DNA of 64,000 nt from Mobula birostris (lineage: Eukaryota), in assembly GCF_030028105.1 (NCBI RefSeq), contig NC_092378.1:108055731-108119730 (forward strand), in the 5' to 3' direction. The position numbers and the translations under genes were made by a program. Of the stretch, positions 49,972-62,289 are shown piece after piece. Position 1 is the first letter of the stretch. Every line of letters starts with the position of its first letter. A model generated the notes under the pieces. That model had not been told where the DNA came from, did no database searches, and saw nothing but the letters and a program-made list of their open reading frames with translations.

Positions 49972-51260
49972 TGAACATGGAGCATAGAGTACAGCGAAGG
50001 ATCAGGCCAATTATCCCACAATATTGTGTCTGATTAATGGCATTGCCAATCGAACGCCCAACTAAACTGATTCCTTCTGCCTACATAATGTCCATATTCT
50101 TCCATTTCCTGCACATACATGTGTCTACCTAGCACCACCATCGTATTTGCCTCTCCACCACTGCCCCAGGCAGCACATTACAGGGGTGGGTGTGTGTGTG
50201 TGTGTGCTCGTGTTCCTTTGAACTTCTCCCTCTCACCTTAAATGCATGCCTTCTAGTATTAGAACTTTTCAGCCTGGCCATAAGATGCTGGCTGTGTGCT
50301 CCATCTATGGCTCCTATAATCTTATAAACCTCTATCTGATCTCCCTTCGGCCTCCGCTGTTCCAGAGGAAACAACTGCAGCCTGTCCACACCCTCTCCTC
50401 CGTGCAGCATTCCAGTGAACCTCTTCCACACCCTCTCCACAGCCTCAGTCCTTCCTGTAATGGAGCAACCACAACCGAGTGCAATACTTGATGCAGCCTA
50501 AGTAGAGTTTTATGAATTTGACTTGGAAGCCATGTGCAGATGCTATGTTCCTGTGCATTTGCCCCCCCCCCCCACCCCAAGATCAATTTAACTTCCCTCC
50601 CACACAGTCCTCCATCTTTTTCAGATAAGCACATGTATAAAAGAAGTTTCTTGAGTCCGTAATGTATCTGCCTCCACCACTATGTGTTTTGCATAACACT
50701 CGCTCTGTTTTTAAAAAAAACCTCTGACATCCCCACAATACTTTCCTCCGTTCACCGTAAAGTTGTGCCTCTCATAATCGCAATTTCTACCCTAACTGTC
50801 CACTTTATCTATGCCCCTCCTTATCATCCCATTCAAGTCACCTCCCCATTTTCTCCAAAGAGAAAAGTCCTTACTTGACGTATTCTCTTAAGATATACTC
50901 TAATTCAGACAGCAGCCTGGTAAATCCCTTCTGCACCCTCTAAAACCTACACATCCTTTCTATGATGAGCGGATCAGAAGTGAATACAGTACTCCCAAGT
51001 GTGATCTAACCAGAGTTTATAGAGCTGCAACATTATTTTGTGGCTCTTGAACTGAATCCCCTGACTATTGAAGGCTAACACAAACACCCTACCAACTTGC
51101 ATGGCAACGTTGAGGGATCTGTGGACATGGACCCCAAGTTCTGTCTGTTCTTCCCATTAAGATTTCTGCCATTAGTGCTGTATCTGCCTTCAAGTTCAAC
51201 GTCCAAAACTCCACACTTTTTCCCCATTGACCTCTGCCAATTCTCAACCTAGCTCTGCAT
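49972..51260 (-). mobile_element. Two adjacent degenerate CR1 3' fragments with a (TG)n tract near 50190-50206
   Basis: ERVWKRFTGML...LEQRRPKGDQIEVYKII...TRRHAFKV in the first copy. The second copy is at ~50560-51260. Confidence 0.75.
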
Positions 51261-51831
51261 GCTATCCGTGTCCTAACCTGTTCCAATTGGGTATGTATGT
51301 GAACTGGAGTAGGGATGGTGGTTGGCAGAGATATGGGATCTCTTAATAGTTATGCCAGGTGATGCATATAACACGTGCTAAAGCCACGCGCTCAAATGAT
51401 AATTGACCTGCTGTTGTCCTTTTTCAGATCCATTGGTGTTCTAGTTTGTAAAATCTGTTTTTGTGTATGTATTGTATAAGTTTGTTACACACAACTTGTC
51501 TCCTTCCAATGTGTGTGCTCCCTGTTATGAATAATTAGTGCTTGAATGTTTGTTTTCAACTCTGGATGCATGTTCAGTTGTTATTGGTCAGCCATGTCAT
51601 GAGCTTTCATCATTTGGCAAAGGCAGCAACTTTCAACTGTAATAACTTTCAACCAAATTGGCCAGTGCAAGCTCAGTACACATGAGCATTGAGAGGCACC
51701 TGAAACATCTTCTGTTATTCTTTTCCATAGATACTGACTGATCTGCTGAAATTCTCCAGCATGTTGTTACACCTGGGCATTGTCCAACTGTTGCCCTTTG
51801 CTGCTACATTTGTTTGTTATTCCGGATTCTG

Positions 51832-52092
51832 GGCCAGCGCGGTAGCGTAATGGTTAACACAACACTCTATAGTACCAGCAATCTGGGTTCAATTTCCACC
51901 GCTGCCTGTAAGGAGCTTGTACATTCTCCCCATGACTGCTACGGCTTCCACCCAGAGTCCAAAGTGCACTGGTTGTTAGGTTAATTGATCATTGTAAATT
52001 TTCCTGTGTTTAGGCTAGAGTTAAACATGGATTGCTGGGCGGTGGGGCTCGAAGGCCAGAAGGACCTATTCTTCACTGTATATGAATAAATT
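51832..52092 (+). mobile_element. V-SINE/HE1-like SINE
   Basis: tRNA head GGTAGCGTAATGG...GGTTCAATTTCC, central TTGTACATTCTCCCCATGAC, tail AATAAA. Confidence 0.8.
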
Positions 52093-53427
52093 TTTGCTGG
52101 TTCCTCACTCATCCTTGCTCAGTGATCCCTATTACATGCCCACAAGCCAATCCAATTACCCTTGTGTTTGGAGTACCCCAAACTGAGGAGCTGCATTCTA
52201 GAGCAATGTGTCTGGGTTCCATTATCAAAGTATTGCCAGCTTCATTGGGAGTGTTTCATAAAATTTCTAGAGCTAGTTGTACTTAATAACTGACGTTCAG
52301 TTTATAAAATTTTATCAGAGAAGATGAGCCTGAGTAATATGTTCACTATCATAGACTTGTTACTTATAATGTGTTCATATCATAGCCTTGTTACTAATTG
52401 GCAAAGTATTTGATTTCCACAGAGCCTCCCAGCTTTGTCTGTGTCTAGTGCTAATCTTCCCAGTGTGAATTTGTCATTTCTGCACGTAAAATTTTCCATC
52501 GATAATGAGTAGAGGGAAGTTAGGAATAAGTGAAGAAACTCGCCTATGCAGCTTGTAGTTCCACTGAAACAGCAAACTCTAGCAAAAACCATTGCTTTGT
52601 TATTCGTCAGTAAACTGTGTACGTGTCATCTAATTACTTCAGATAAGCAGATGAAGCTCAGCTTTTTCTGATAGTTCATTTTTATTTTGTGGTTCAGATC
52701 TCTGATTCTTTGTTATGAATTAATTGATCCATTATTCCATGACATCCTAATCGTAAACTACCCCATTAACAGATTTGATGCAGGAAACAGAAAATGTTAA
52801 AATAGTTAAATGTTCTATATTTGAGGGAAAAGTGTGGTTTATGCCTGACCTGAGTAAATAGAAAGAAGCTTAATTTATATTGGCCAGAAAAATAGTGAAG
52901 GTAATTGTTTATTTGCATGAGGTACATGTTTATTATAAAGCCAGCTCCTAAAAGGTCACAGAGCTTCACTGTTCTGTGTGAAATCCCTCTTATACAATTG
53001 CTTCAAAGTTTTTTTTCCCAGCCTAATAAGATTGACTCCACTCGAAGTGAAAAGGAATATGTAGCAGTAACTTGAACAAACTAGTGTCGCTGCTGGCAAC
53101 CAAACAGGAGGTAGTTATCCTTGTATGATTCACCCTCTGATAAATCCAATAATAGTGTTCCAAAAAGTCAAAGAAATATATTCAATCCTTTATTAGCAAC
53201 TGGCAAAGCATACAATCTTGAAGCAATGTAGTGAAGTTAAGTAATTTCAAATGCAATTCAGTAACGTTAAGCAATCAACAAAAGATGTGACACCCAGCGG
53301 TCCCCAGCTCTAAACTGTCAAGAGCAAAGCACGAATATGTATCTAAACCCTTTGCTTTTACCACGTCCCCACTCACGTGACTAGTTACCATAATAAATGC
53401 ATGAAGCACAGAATACAATGCAGATAG

Positions 53428-54106
53428 AAACGCAAACATGAGAAAATCTGCAGATGCTGGAAATTTAAGCAACACACATAAAATGTTGGTGGAACGCAGC
53501 AGGCCAGGCAGCATCTATAGGAAGAAGTACAGTTGACGTTTCGAGTCGTGAACCTTGGTCAGGACTAATGGAAAAAAAGATAGTAAGAGATTTGATGGGG
53601 AGGGGGAGACCTGAAAGGATAGGAGAAGACAGGATGGGGGAGGGATGAAGCCAAGAGCTGGGAAGTTGATTGGCAAAAGGGATACAAGGCTGGAGAAGGG
53701 GGAGTATCATGGGACGGAAGGCCTTGGAAGAAAAAAAGTGGGAGGGGAACACCAGAAGAACATGGAGAACAGGCAAGGAGTTACTGTGAGAGGGAAAAAA
53801 AAAAGAAAACAAATGAATTAGGGATGGGGTAAGAAGGGGAAGAGGGGCATTCATGGAAGTTAGAGGTCAATGTTCATGCCATCAGGTTGGAGGCTACCCA
53901 AACGGAATATAAGGTGTTGTTCCTCCAACCTGAGTGTGGCTTCATCTTGATAGTAGAGGAGGCCATGGATTGACATATCAGAATGGGAATGGGATGTGGA
54001 ATTAAAATGTGTGGCTACTGGGAGATCCTGTTTCCTCTGGCGGACAGAGCGTAGGTGTTCAGTGAAGCGGTCTCCCAATCTGCATCGGGTCTCGCCAATA
54101 TATAGG
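53428..54106 (-). mobile_element. Penelope-like element 3' fragment
   Basis: ORF 53860-54078 RFTEHLRSVRQ...LEEQHLIFRLGSLQPDGMN. Complete terminal repeat, mutated hammerhead at 53531-53566. Possible TSD TAGAAAC. Confidence 0.9.
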
Positions 54107-55518
54107 TAGAAACAGGATGCTTGGCTCTTACAGAATAGTTATTCATTGTTTTGTGCGTGGGTTATGGCATCCTAATGCAGGTTCTATGCATCATTTCTCC
54201 AAGGGCACTTACGCGGATTGGAGAGAAGTACTTCCCAGGATTTGTTGTCATGGGACACTCTTGGCAATTAAATCTTTATGCTAAATTGGGAATCCTTTAT
54301 CTAGTCTTTTTATATCCAATTTTCTAGCTCCCCTCCACATTGGTTTCTTGATTTCCTCAGTAACTTGCCTTTCCCTAGGCCCACCCTGCAGTTGCTGGTC
54401 CCTCTTCCCTCGTTACACCTCATCATCTGTCTAGGGTGAGATCCTAACCTCTCACCCGTTGTGCGGCCTATTGAAGCCATTCATCACACCCAGAAAAGAC
54501 TATGTGGCCAATGTGTGCTGTTTGCCATTGGAGTGAAAACTAGCAAAGATGAAGCAAATTATCTGCTTCTGAACTTTAATTCTTTGAACCTTGATGACTA
54601 GTTTAAATCCCAGAGACTGCAGCATGGTCGTTTCACATGCCACCGCAGCTGAGTTCACAATCAATCTTGACAATGGAAGCAAGTTTTCTTAAACGGAGAT
54701 GGTTGGCATTGAGCCTTGGAAGTGTTTTATTTTTGTTTGACTTGGGTTGAAGCTCCAGGAGAGATGTTTGGGAGGACTTTCTCCTCAGTTCTAATTTGTT
54801 AATCTTCCTAAAGAGGTCTTTCCCAAGGTCTTAAAAGTACCTTTGGATTTTGTTCTTCTAGGGTTGTGTGAGTCGGTGGAATTTTAATGACTGGGTCTTC
54901 GCCTCACTAGTTATAGAAACAGGTGATCTTGCTGTGGCTTGAGGCTAATTTGCTATTGAGTGGGGCCCATACCTCCTCCATCCATTTGTAATTCTGCCTT
55001 GTATTATTATCTCTAGATAGTCAAACTCTTTAAATTTAAACATTGATTGTGGACGAAAATTTTTATCTTGCTACTTCCCTGGTTCACTTTCGCCATCCCA
55101 CTCTGTAAAACTGCTTTCTATGTAATCTCCCTAAATTGCTTTATTCCATATTTTCTTGCAACCTAGAAGCCATTTCAGTTAATTTTGCTTACGCTGGCTC
55201 TCGGTAATCCCGTTCCTGTTGGAAATCACCCTGTAATCTATTCTGCTTCAATCATGATTCTGCTTCTTTTCTACAGACTAATTTACATTCTACCAACAAG
55301 TTCGATTCTACCACTTGTACCATTAAAGAATATTTAATTGTTTTTAGTTCTCGGGTATTCGTCCAGGGAAGCAAGATAATTTCTTATTTCAGTGACATTG
55401 TCTCAAATGCATCTTGCCTTTACCCTAAAGTGAAGGCTGTGCTGCCACACACAGTGATCTTCCACACCCGTCAGACATGGTTCCTATGGGTTATGCTTGC
55501 TTTGATCTCCCCTTCATC

Positions 55519-56182
55519 AGGAGGGGAGGAGAAGATGGCGCAATGCAGCGCGCGCGGCTGCTCCGAAATGATTTTATATTTGTAAGTAAGGGCCGTGCAC
55601 AACCCTGATTTGATGGAGACAGATGTGAGAAGCACGGAGGAACATCTGGAGGAACTTCTGAAATGCCCGCTTCGCTGCCGTTGCTACTGTGCGATTGAGA
55701 ATCTCTGGAGGGGAAGGCCCCAAATCCTTGGCTTTGCCTGTTGCAGGGGCTGGGGTCGAAGCGCTCGGCAGAGATGGTGCTCGGTGTCGGAGGGCTGGTC
55801 GGAGGCTCGAAGTTTTCGAACAGACTCGAGAGTCGACTGTTGTTGGGTGCTTCCAGAGTGCTGCATTGGCAAGTTTGCGGCGCTGGAAGCTCATGGCAGG
55901 AAGAGAGTTTCTCTTCTTTCTACTGTCTGTGTGAGATGATGGGACTTTCGAAAGACTTTGAGACTTTTTTTTACCATGCCCATAGTCTGTTCTTTATCCA
56001 ATTTATGGTATTGCTTTGCACTGTTGTAACTATATGTTATGATTATGTGGTTTTTGTCAGTTTTTTTAGTCTTGGTTTGTCTTGTTTCTGTGATATCATT
56101 CTGGAGGAACATTGCATCACTTAATGCATGCATTACTAAATGACAATAAAAGAGGACTGCGTGTCCTCATAATCTAATCTAA
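55519..56182 (+). mobile_element. Apparently young non-autonomous retroelement: AAGATGGCG head, CpG-rich body, AATAAA, (AATCT)n tail
   Basis: Sharp compositional boundaries. AAGATGGCG at 55532-55540, AATAAA at 56145-56150, tail TAATCTAATCTAA. No RT motif. Confidence 0.7.
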
Positions 56183-56309
56183 ATTCATTTTGTATTTGAA
56201 CAATGACCAGCAGATGACAATCTTTGATTTTGAATCTGGGCTTTGCCCTGACAGAAGTGCACATTATTCAACCCTGTAGCAAACCAGACATGGTGTGGTA
56301 CAATGGAAG

Positions 56310-56892
56310 CCAATAGAACTGTTACCTCTTGGTTCCAATGGCCTGGCTTCAATCCTGACTTGTATGGAGTTTGCATATTTCCCCGTGATAGCAAGATTTA
56401 TCTTTGGACACTCTGATTTCCTCCCCATTCTGAGGACATTTATTTATTGAGAGACAGAGTGGAGTAGGCTGTTCTGGCACTTTGCGGCATGCCGCCCAGC
56501 GACTCCCAACTTAACCCTAGCCTGATCAAAGGACATTTTACTTCCTTGCTTATCCTTCCAACCAGTACATCTTTGGACTGTGGGAGGAAACCAGAGCACC
56601 TGGAGGATACCCACAAGGTCACGGGGAGAAAGTACCAACTTCTAACAGGCAGTGGCGGGAATTGAACCCATGTCACTGGTACTGTAAAGCGTTCTGCTAA
56701 CCACTGTCCTGCACCATACAGGTCATTATAGGTCAGTAAGTTAATTCATGATTATAAATTGACCCTAGTGTGTGTTAGTGGGGGCAGACCTTGATGAAAA
56801 CAAGGGAGAGAATATGATGAGATTAATGTAAATGGGTCCTTGATGGCTAGCATAGACTGGTTGGGTCTCGGGGCCTGTTTTTGCATTATGTA
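56310..56892 (+). mobile_element. V-SINE/HE1-like SINE split by an antisense SINE (56440-56716)
   Basis: Host reads TGTATGGAGTTTGCATATTTCCCCGTGA...TTTCCTCCCCATTCTGAGGACAT, then insert, then AGGTCAGTAAGTTAATT. The insert contains the reverse-complement central domain and B-box. Confidence 0.75.
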
Positions 56893-57905
56893 AATTGTGG
56901 CTGAGTGACTAGCTGAAGCTCCTGGTTCTATTGCAGATGGCTCCTGCAATAATAAAATAAACCCTTTGAATAATGAGATCTTAAGGTTTATCAGTTTGCT
57001 TTCGCATGCCTCGGTGATTGTGGCATCCTTGGCATGGGTTGCAGTTATTTAAAGAATTTTTTTTCACCCTTCCCAATCCAAGGCTTTTCGATTTGCATGT
57101 TCAGTGAAACCAACGAAGCCAGGTGCCTGGATGCTTACGAAACTCAACTCAAAATAACATGCAGTGCTTTAGTGGAATAAGTCTATGCGTTATGTTGGGC
57201 ACAGGTGTTTATATTATCTGTGAAAAGGGCACAGCATTTTGTTTTTACTGCCAATTTTGATGCAAGCCTGCTTTAAAAAATGTATAATGGTGATACCTTG
57301 TAGAGTAATTGAAAACTGAGTGTAGAATTCCTTGGCTGAGATAAAGCCGCATTTAGCAATACAAATACCAGGAACAAGTGCATGGATGCCAACTAAAAAG
57401 TTCAGTGAAGGGGCCATGGAACCAAGGAAGGTTCTGAAAGGGTGACATAATCAGTCCTATTTCTTCCCCTGACCCCACGCCTTGCAATTTTCACATAGTT
57501 TTTGCACTTTCTGGTATTAGTTTTCTTCTGAAAGATGCTGTTGTATCGATTAACACCACCCTTTTGTACAGTGCATTCCACACATTCAAATGTTCTCCAC
57601 CTCACCTCACGCACATTGATAGTTACCATAAATCTGTGGTTTCTGCCAAGTGGACTTCAGCCACAAGAAACTATTCTTCCTTGTCTGTGCTTCCAAAACC
57701 TTTCTGTCAGTTTCGACACTGCAATAATTGGCAGTGAAGCTTCACTCCCCAGTGATTCAACGCCTTTTATGCATGCTTCATATGGGAGAATACCCACAGT
57801 ATCTGGTGACCCTGGATCTTTGACTCAGAGGCTGATGTTAGAGCATCCTTCAGGGCGGTGAATCCCTTGCAAGGTGTCAGGCCCCGATGGAGTACGAGGC
57901 AGGTT

Positions 57906-58101
57906 TTGTTGTTGTTCAGTCATTAAGTCGAGTCCAACTCTTCCTGATCTCGTAGACCATCGGGTTTTCATAGCAAGATATGGAAGTAGATTGCCAGGCC
58001 TTTCTTCCGTGCAGTTACTACTGCTGCCCAGGATGAGTAAAACTCAGGACCATCTGCCTTGAAATCCAGTGCTGATGCCGCTACACCACCAGCTGGCCCA
58101 A
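57906..58101 (-). mobile_element. tRNA-head SINE with BovB/Bov-A-like (RTE) tail
   Basis: Minus strand GGCCAGCTGGTGGTGTAGCGG...GAAGAAAGGCCTGGCAATCTACTTCCATATCTTGC...GAAGAGTTGGACTCGACTTAATGACTGAACAACAACAA. 10-bp TSD GAGGCAGGTT (57896-57905, 58102-58111). Confidence 0.8.
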
Positions 58102-58944
58102 GAGGCAGGTTATAGGAAACCTACGCCAGCCAACTGGCTGCAGTGATCAAGGACGTCTTCATCCCCTCACTGCTACAGTATGGGGTGCCCAAGAAGAGCA
58201 AAGTGAGGTACCTCAATTATTATAGCCAGATAGCACTCACAGCTGAGACTTGTGTAGTGTTTGGCCAAACTCGCTCGCTGTTGTACTTCACACCATTAAT
58301 ACTTTCATGCGTCCTTTATGCTTTTTAACAAACAGTCTTGTCAGTTTGTCTTTCTAACTTCAAAACATTCTGTTGCCTATTTCCTTTGTCCGTGCAATAA
58401 TTGTATCTTTGTAAAATGAGCAAGTTAACCCCACTGGAAAGCAATATCAACTAGACGTTCATTGTAACCAGACAGTGGTAGCAACACCAAAACGTTTTAA
58501 GTTTGATTTATAGAAATCTTTATTGTGTTTATGGAATTGAAGGAATGATGGGAGTTTCTCTGACCAGTTTGGGATTCTGTTTTGAGCATTGGCGTTGTGG
58601 CCTTCAATGTCAACTGTCAAAGAGGATTTGGAGATTATGGCCAGAGATGCAGATTAAACATGTTTACTGTTGACTAATCTTCTGAGAAGCACTTGGGAAC
58701 AAAAATCAGACAGGCAGCACTAATGTCTGCAGCAGAGCAGCTGCAGCCCTGAAAGCCACTGGATGACAATCAAACTGTCTTCATCCACTACCTATTGCTA
58801 TTTTCCTTCATGGCCGTGTTGTGCTTGCCAGAGGTGCAATGCTTTGGATAGCATACAGTGAATGTTTCAGAGTGAAAAAGGAAGGTTTAATATGGTAGTT
58901 CTTTTGCGGTGATTATAATTGATACCATTTTTGCTAAAAAGGAC

Positions 58945-59185
58945 AGCAACACTTTACAGGCAATCTAGGTTAAATTCCCTCCACTGCCTGTAAGATCTTT
59001 GTACATTCTTCCCATGACCATGTGAGTATCCTTCAGGTACTCCAGTTTCCTCCCACAGTCCAAAGACTAGGTTAATTGGTCATTGTAAATTGTCCTGCGG
59101 ATTAGGCTATGTACAGGGTTACATCGGGGGATTCCTGGGTGGTGCGGCTTGAAAGACCCATTCTGCGTTGTATTTCAAATAAACA
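58945..59185 (+). mobile_element. V-SINE/HE1-like SINE
   Basis: Matches 51860-52090. Confidence 0.75.
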
Positions 59186-59844
59186 GAGCTAATTGCTACC
59201 TTGGGAAAAGTTGACTATTTGGTATTGAATCAAGTCTATGTTGCTATAGGTGGCTTAGTTTGTATAATTGTGTCTGTATCTGTGCCCTAATTTAATTTGA
59301 GTGATAAGATTCTATTACACTGGCATTCACTGTTAATAGACCTGTTGCATTAAGAGGAGTTCTTCAAATCAAACAAGGGCCAGTGCCTTTCTACTGAGTA
59401 AGGAAATAGTTTGTTGAGAAACAATCAAAGGCACCTTTAGTTGTAACGTGAAGGGATTCAATCCATTCCGTCTCACTATAATTTTCCCCTTTAATCCACC
59501 CTCTGAATAGCCTAACTCCCACAATAGCCCTTACCCTCTTCCCATCAAAGCTAATGATGCACATTCTCTGTGGTATGTTTAATCTTCATAGAACTTCAAT
59601 GCCTACATCTTGCAGTCGCTAAGATTCTCATCTACAATGTTGCCTCTTCCAACCCATTTGCCTCCCAAGCCACTAAAATTTCAACTCATTTGAAGCCCTG
59701 GTACCCACATGAAGGCTGCACTAAGCCCCATGTACCTAGCTTCCCTTTCCTTGCTAGCACAGTTCCACACAGAACACTAATTTTAAAGTCCTCCATGACC
59801 TTTCATTTCAAACCTACTCTCCTCTTTTCTCTCTACTAGTAAGA

Positions 59845-60146
59845 GTCAGTGGCAAATATTGCACTCAGCTTCACTTGCACCATCATTGAAATCTTCCCAC
59901 ATCCTATAAAATCGTTTTCAAGAACTGTTCATATCTTGTTCTTAATATTTATTGCTTATTCATTTATTATTATTATTTTTATATTTGCACAGTTTGTTGC
60001 CTTTTGCACATTGGTTGAACACCCAAGCTGATGTGGTTTTTCATTGATTCTATATGGTTATTCAGTATGCCCACAAGAAATTGAATCTCAGGGATGTATA
60101 TGGTGACATATATGTACTCTGATAATAAATTTACTCTGAACTTTGA
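59845..60146 (+). mobile_element. Rex1-type LINE 3' UTR
   Basis: Matches the reverse complement of 36665-36930. Ends AATAAATTTACTCTGAACTTTGA. Confidence 0.7.
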
Positions 60147-60899
60147 GAATTCTCATTCTCCCTCTACAGTACTATATCTCTTTGACTCGCACATCTTTGC
60201 TTCCTCCAAGTTCATGCACCAGTTTGATTTCTTCCTTCCCATCTACGTACTACTAAAACTCTCATGCTCTGTCTGTCTGTTTGTCTGTTTGTGACCTCCA
60301 ATTAGTGCAAATGGTGCATTACAGCAGCACTTTATTTTGGCTAAATCCAATTAAAATGCGCTAACTTGCAGAATACAGGCAAAGTTCAGGGTTATATATT
60401 CGTATAAAATTGCTCATTCGCCAGAAATCAACAGGCTCCCTTTTAACCCGCGAGCCAGTCTGCCATCATGGAAATCGGGACACGACAGCTCGACACATGC
60501 GCATGGCCAACCTCAGCAGCGACACCTACCGAAGCAAAAGGGCAGGGCAGCTCTATTTTGAGGGGTCCACATTCTGCTAATCACCATCAGCATGTGCAGG
60601 ATTGGGACAGATCTAACTGCCACCCATCTATAAGAAATAATTAAATCTTATTGTAATGACGTCATTGGGAAGTGGCAAGGAGAGGGGGAGAACAAGAATT
60701 GGATGAGGCCAGGGCTGCATGACTCCAGGATCAAAGAGTCAGGACAAAAAAGATGAGAGAGTACAGATGAAACAGAGGAGGAGAGGCATGCACGGCTCCA
60801 GGATCAGAGACAAACAACAAATAGTAGAAGAGATGAAGAGATGGGGGATGAAAGGGCTGCATGTCTCCAGAATGACAGCGATAGGCACAAGGGTGGCAG

Positions 60900-61999
60900 A
60901 GCAACACTCACAACACGCTGGAGGAACTCAGCAGGTCGGGCAGCATCCGTGGAAATGATCAGTCAATGTTTCGGGCCAGAACCCTTCATCAGGACTGAAG
61001 AGGGAAGGGGCAGAGGCCCTATAAAGAAGGTAGGGGGAGGGTGGGAAGGAGAAGGCTGGTAGGTTCTAGGTGAAAAACCAGTAAGGGGAAAGATAAAGGG
61101 GTGGGGGAGGGGAATCAGGGAAGGGATAGGCAGGAAAAGTGAAGATGGAACAGGGGAAAGCACAATGGGTAGTAGAAGGAGGCAGAACCGTGAGGGAGGT
61201 GATAGGCAGCTGGGGGAGGGGGCATAGTGAAACAGGGATGGGGGAAGGGAGGGGGAGAGAATTACCGGAAGTTGGAGAATTCAACGTTCATGCCCAGGGG
61301 CTGGTGTCTACCCAGGCGGTATATGAGATGTTGCTCCTCCAACGTGAGCTTAGCCTCATCATGGCAATAGAGGAGGCCATGTATGGACATATCTGAATGG
61401 GAGTGGGAAGCAGAGCTGAAGTGGGTGGCTACTGGGAGATCTTGTCTGTTTTGGCAGACGGAGCGGAGGTACTCGATGAAGCGGTCCCCCAATCTGTGTC
61501 AGGTTTCACCGATGTAGAGGAGGCCGCACCGGGAGCACTGGATGCAATAGATGACCCCAACAGACTCACAAGTGAAGTGTTGCCTCACCTGGAAGGACTG
61601 TTTGGGGCCCTGAATGGTAGCAAGAGAGGTGGGGTAGGGACAGGTGTAGCACTTACGCTTACATGGATAAGTGCCGGGTGGGAGATCCGTGGGGAGGGAC
61701 GTGTGGCACCAGGGAGTCGCGATGGACCGATCCCTGCGGAAAGTGGAGGGGGAAAGATGTGCTTAGTGGTGGGGTCCTGTTGAAGGTGGCGGAAGTTGTG
61801 GAGGATAATGTGCTGGATCCGGAGGCTGGTGGGGTGGTAGGTAAGGATAAGGGGAACTCTGTTCCTGTTGTGGTTGCGGGAGGATGGGGTGAGGGCCGAA
61901 GTGCAGGAAATGGAGGAGATGAGGGTGAGGGCATCATTGATGACGGCAGAAGGGAAACCATGATCCTTAAAGAAAGAGGACATTTGAGATGTCCTGGAT
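60900..61999 (-). mobile_element. Penelope-like element, second subfamily (different 3' UTR)
   Basis: MSSFFKDHGFP...RVPLILTYHP (61585-62028), GIY-YIG remnant (61262-61492), hammerhead variant at 60961-60996. Confidence 0.92.
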
Positions 62000-62289
62000 G
62001 GCAGATAAGCCAGAAATGATGTCATCAAAAGTGTCCTTCGTTAAATGAGGAGCTATATTTGCTTTGCTATGAGTCGTTCTTCTTTAATAAACTGAGGTTT
62101 CCAAAGCAAAGTGATACCAATAGCATTCAGGAAAATTTAATGTTCATTCTGGTCACATCAGACTGCGCTACCCTTCTCTCAAAGGGTGCTCCAACGGGTC
62201 ACCCCGTTGTCTAGTAAATAGCTAAATACTTTAATGCAAGATGCATTTTAAAATATAAAGTTTGCTCTTGTTCTTTTAAAGTAACAAGT

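Noticed and set aside
55574-56133. Overlapping 80-127 aa ORFs
   Set aside because: Expected by chance in a GC-rich repeat; no motif.
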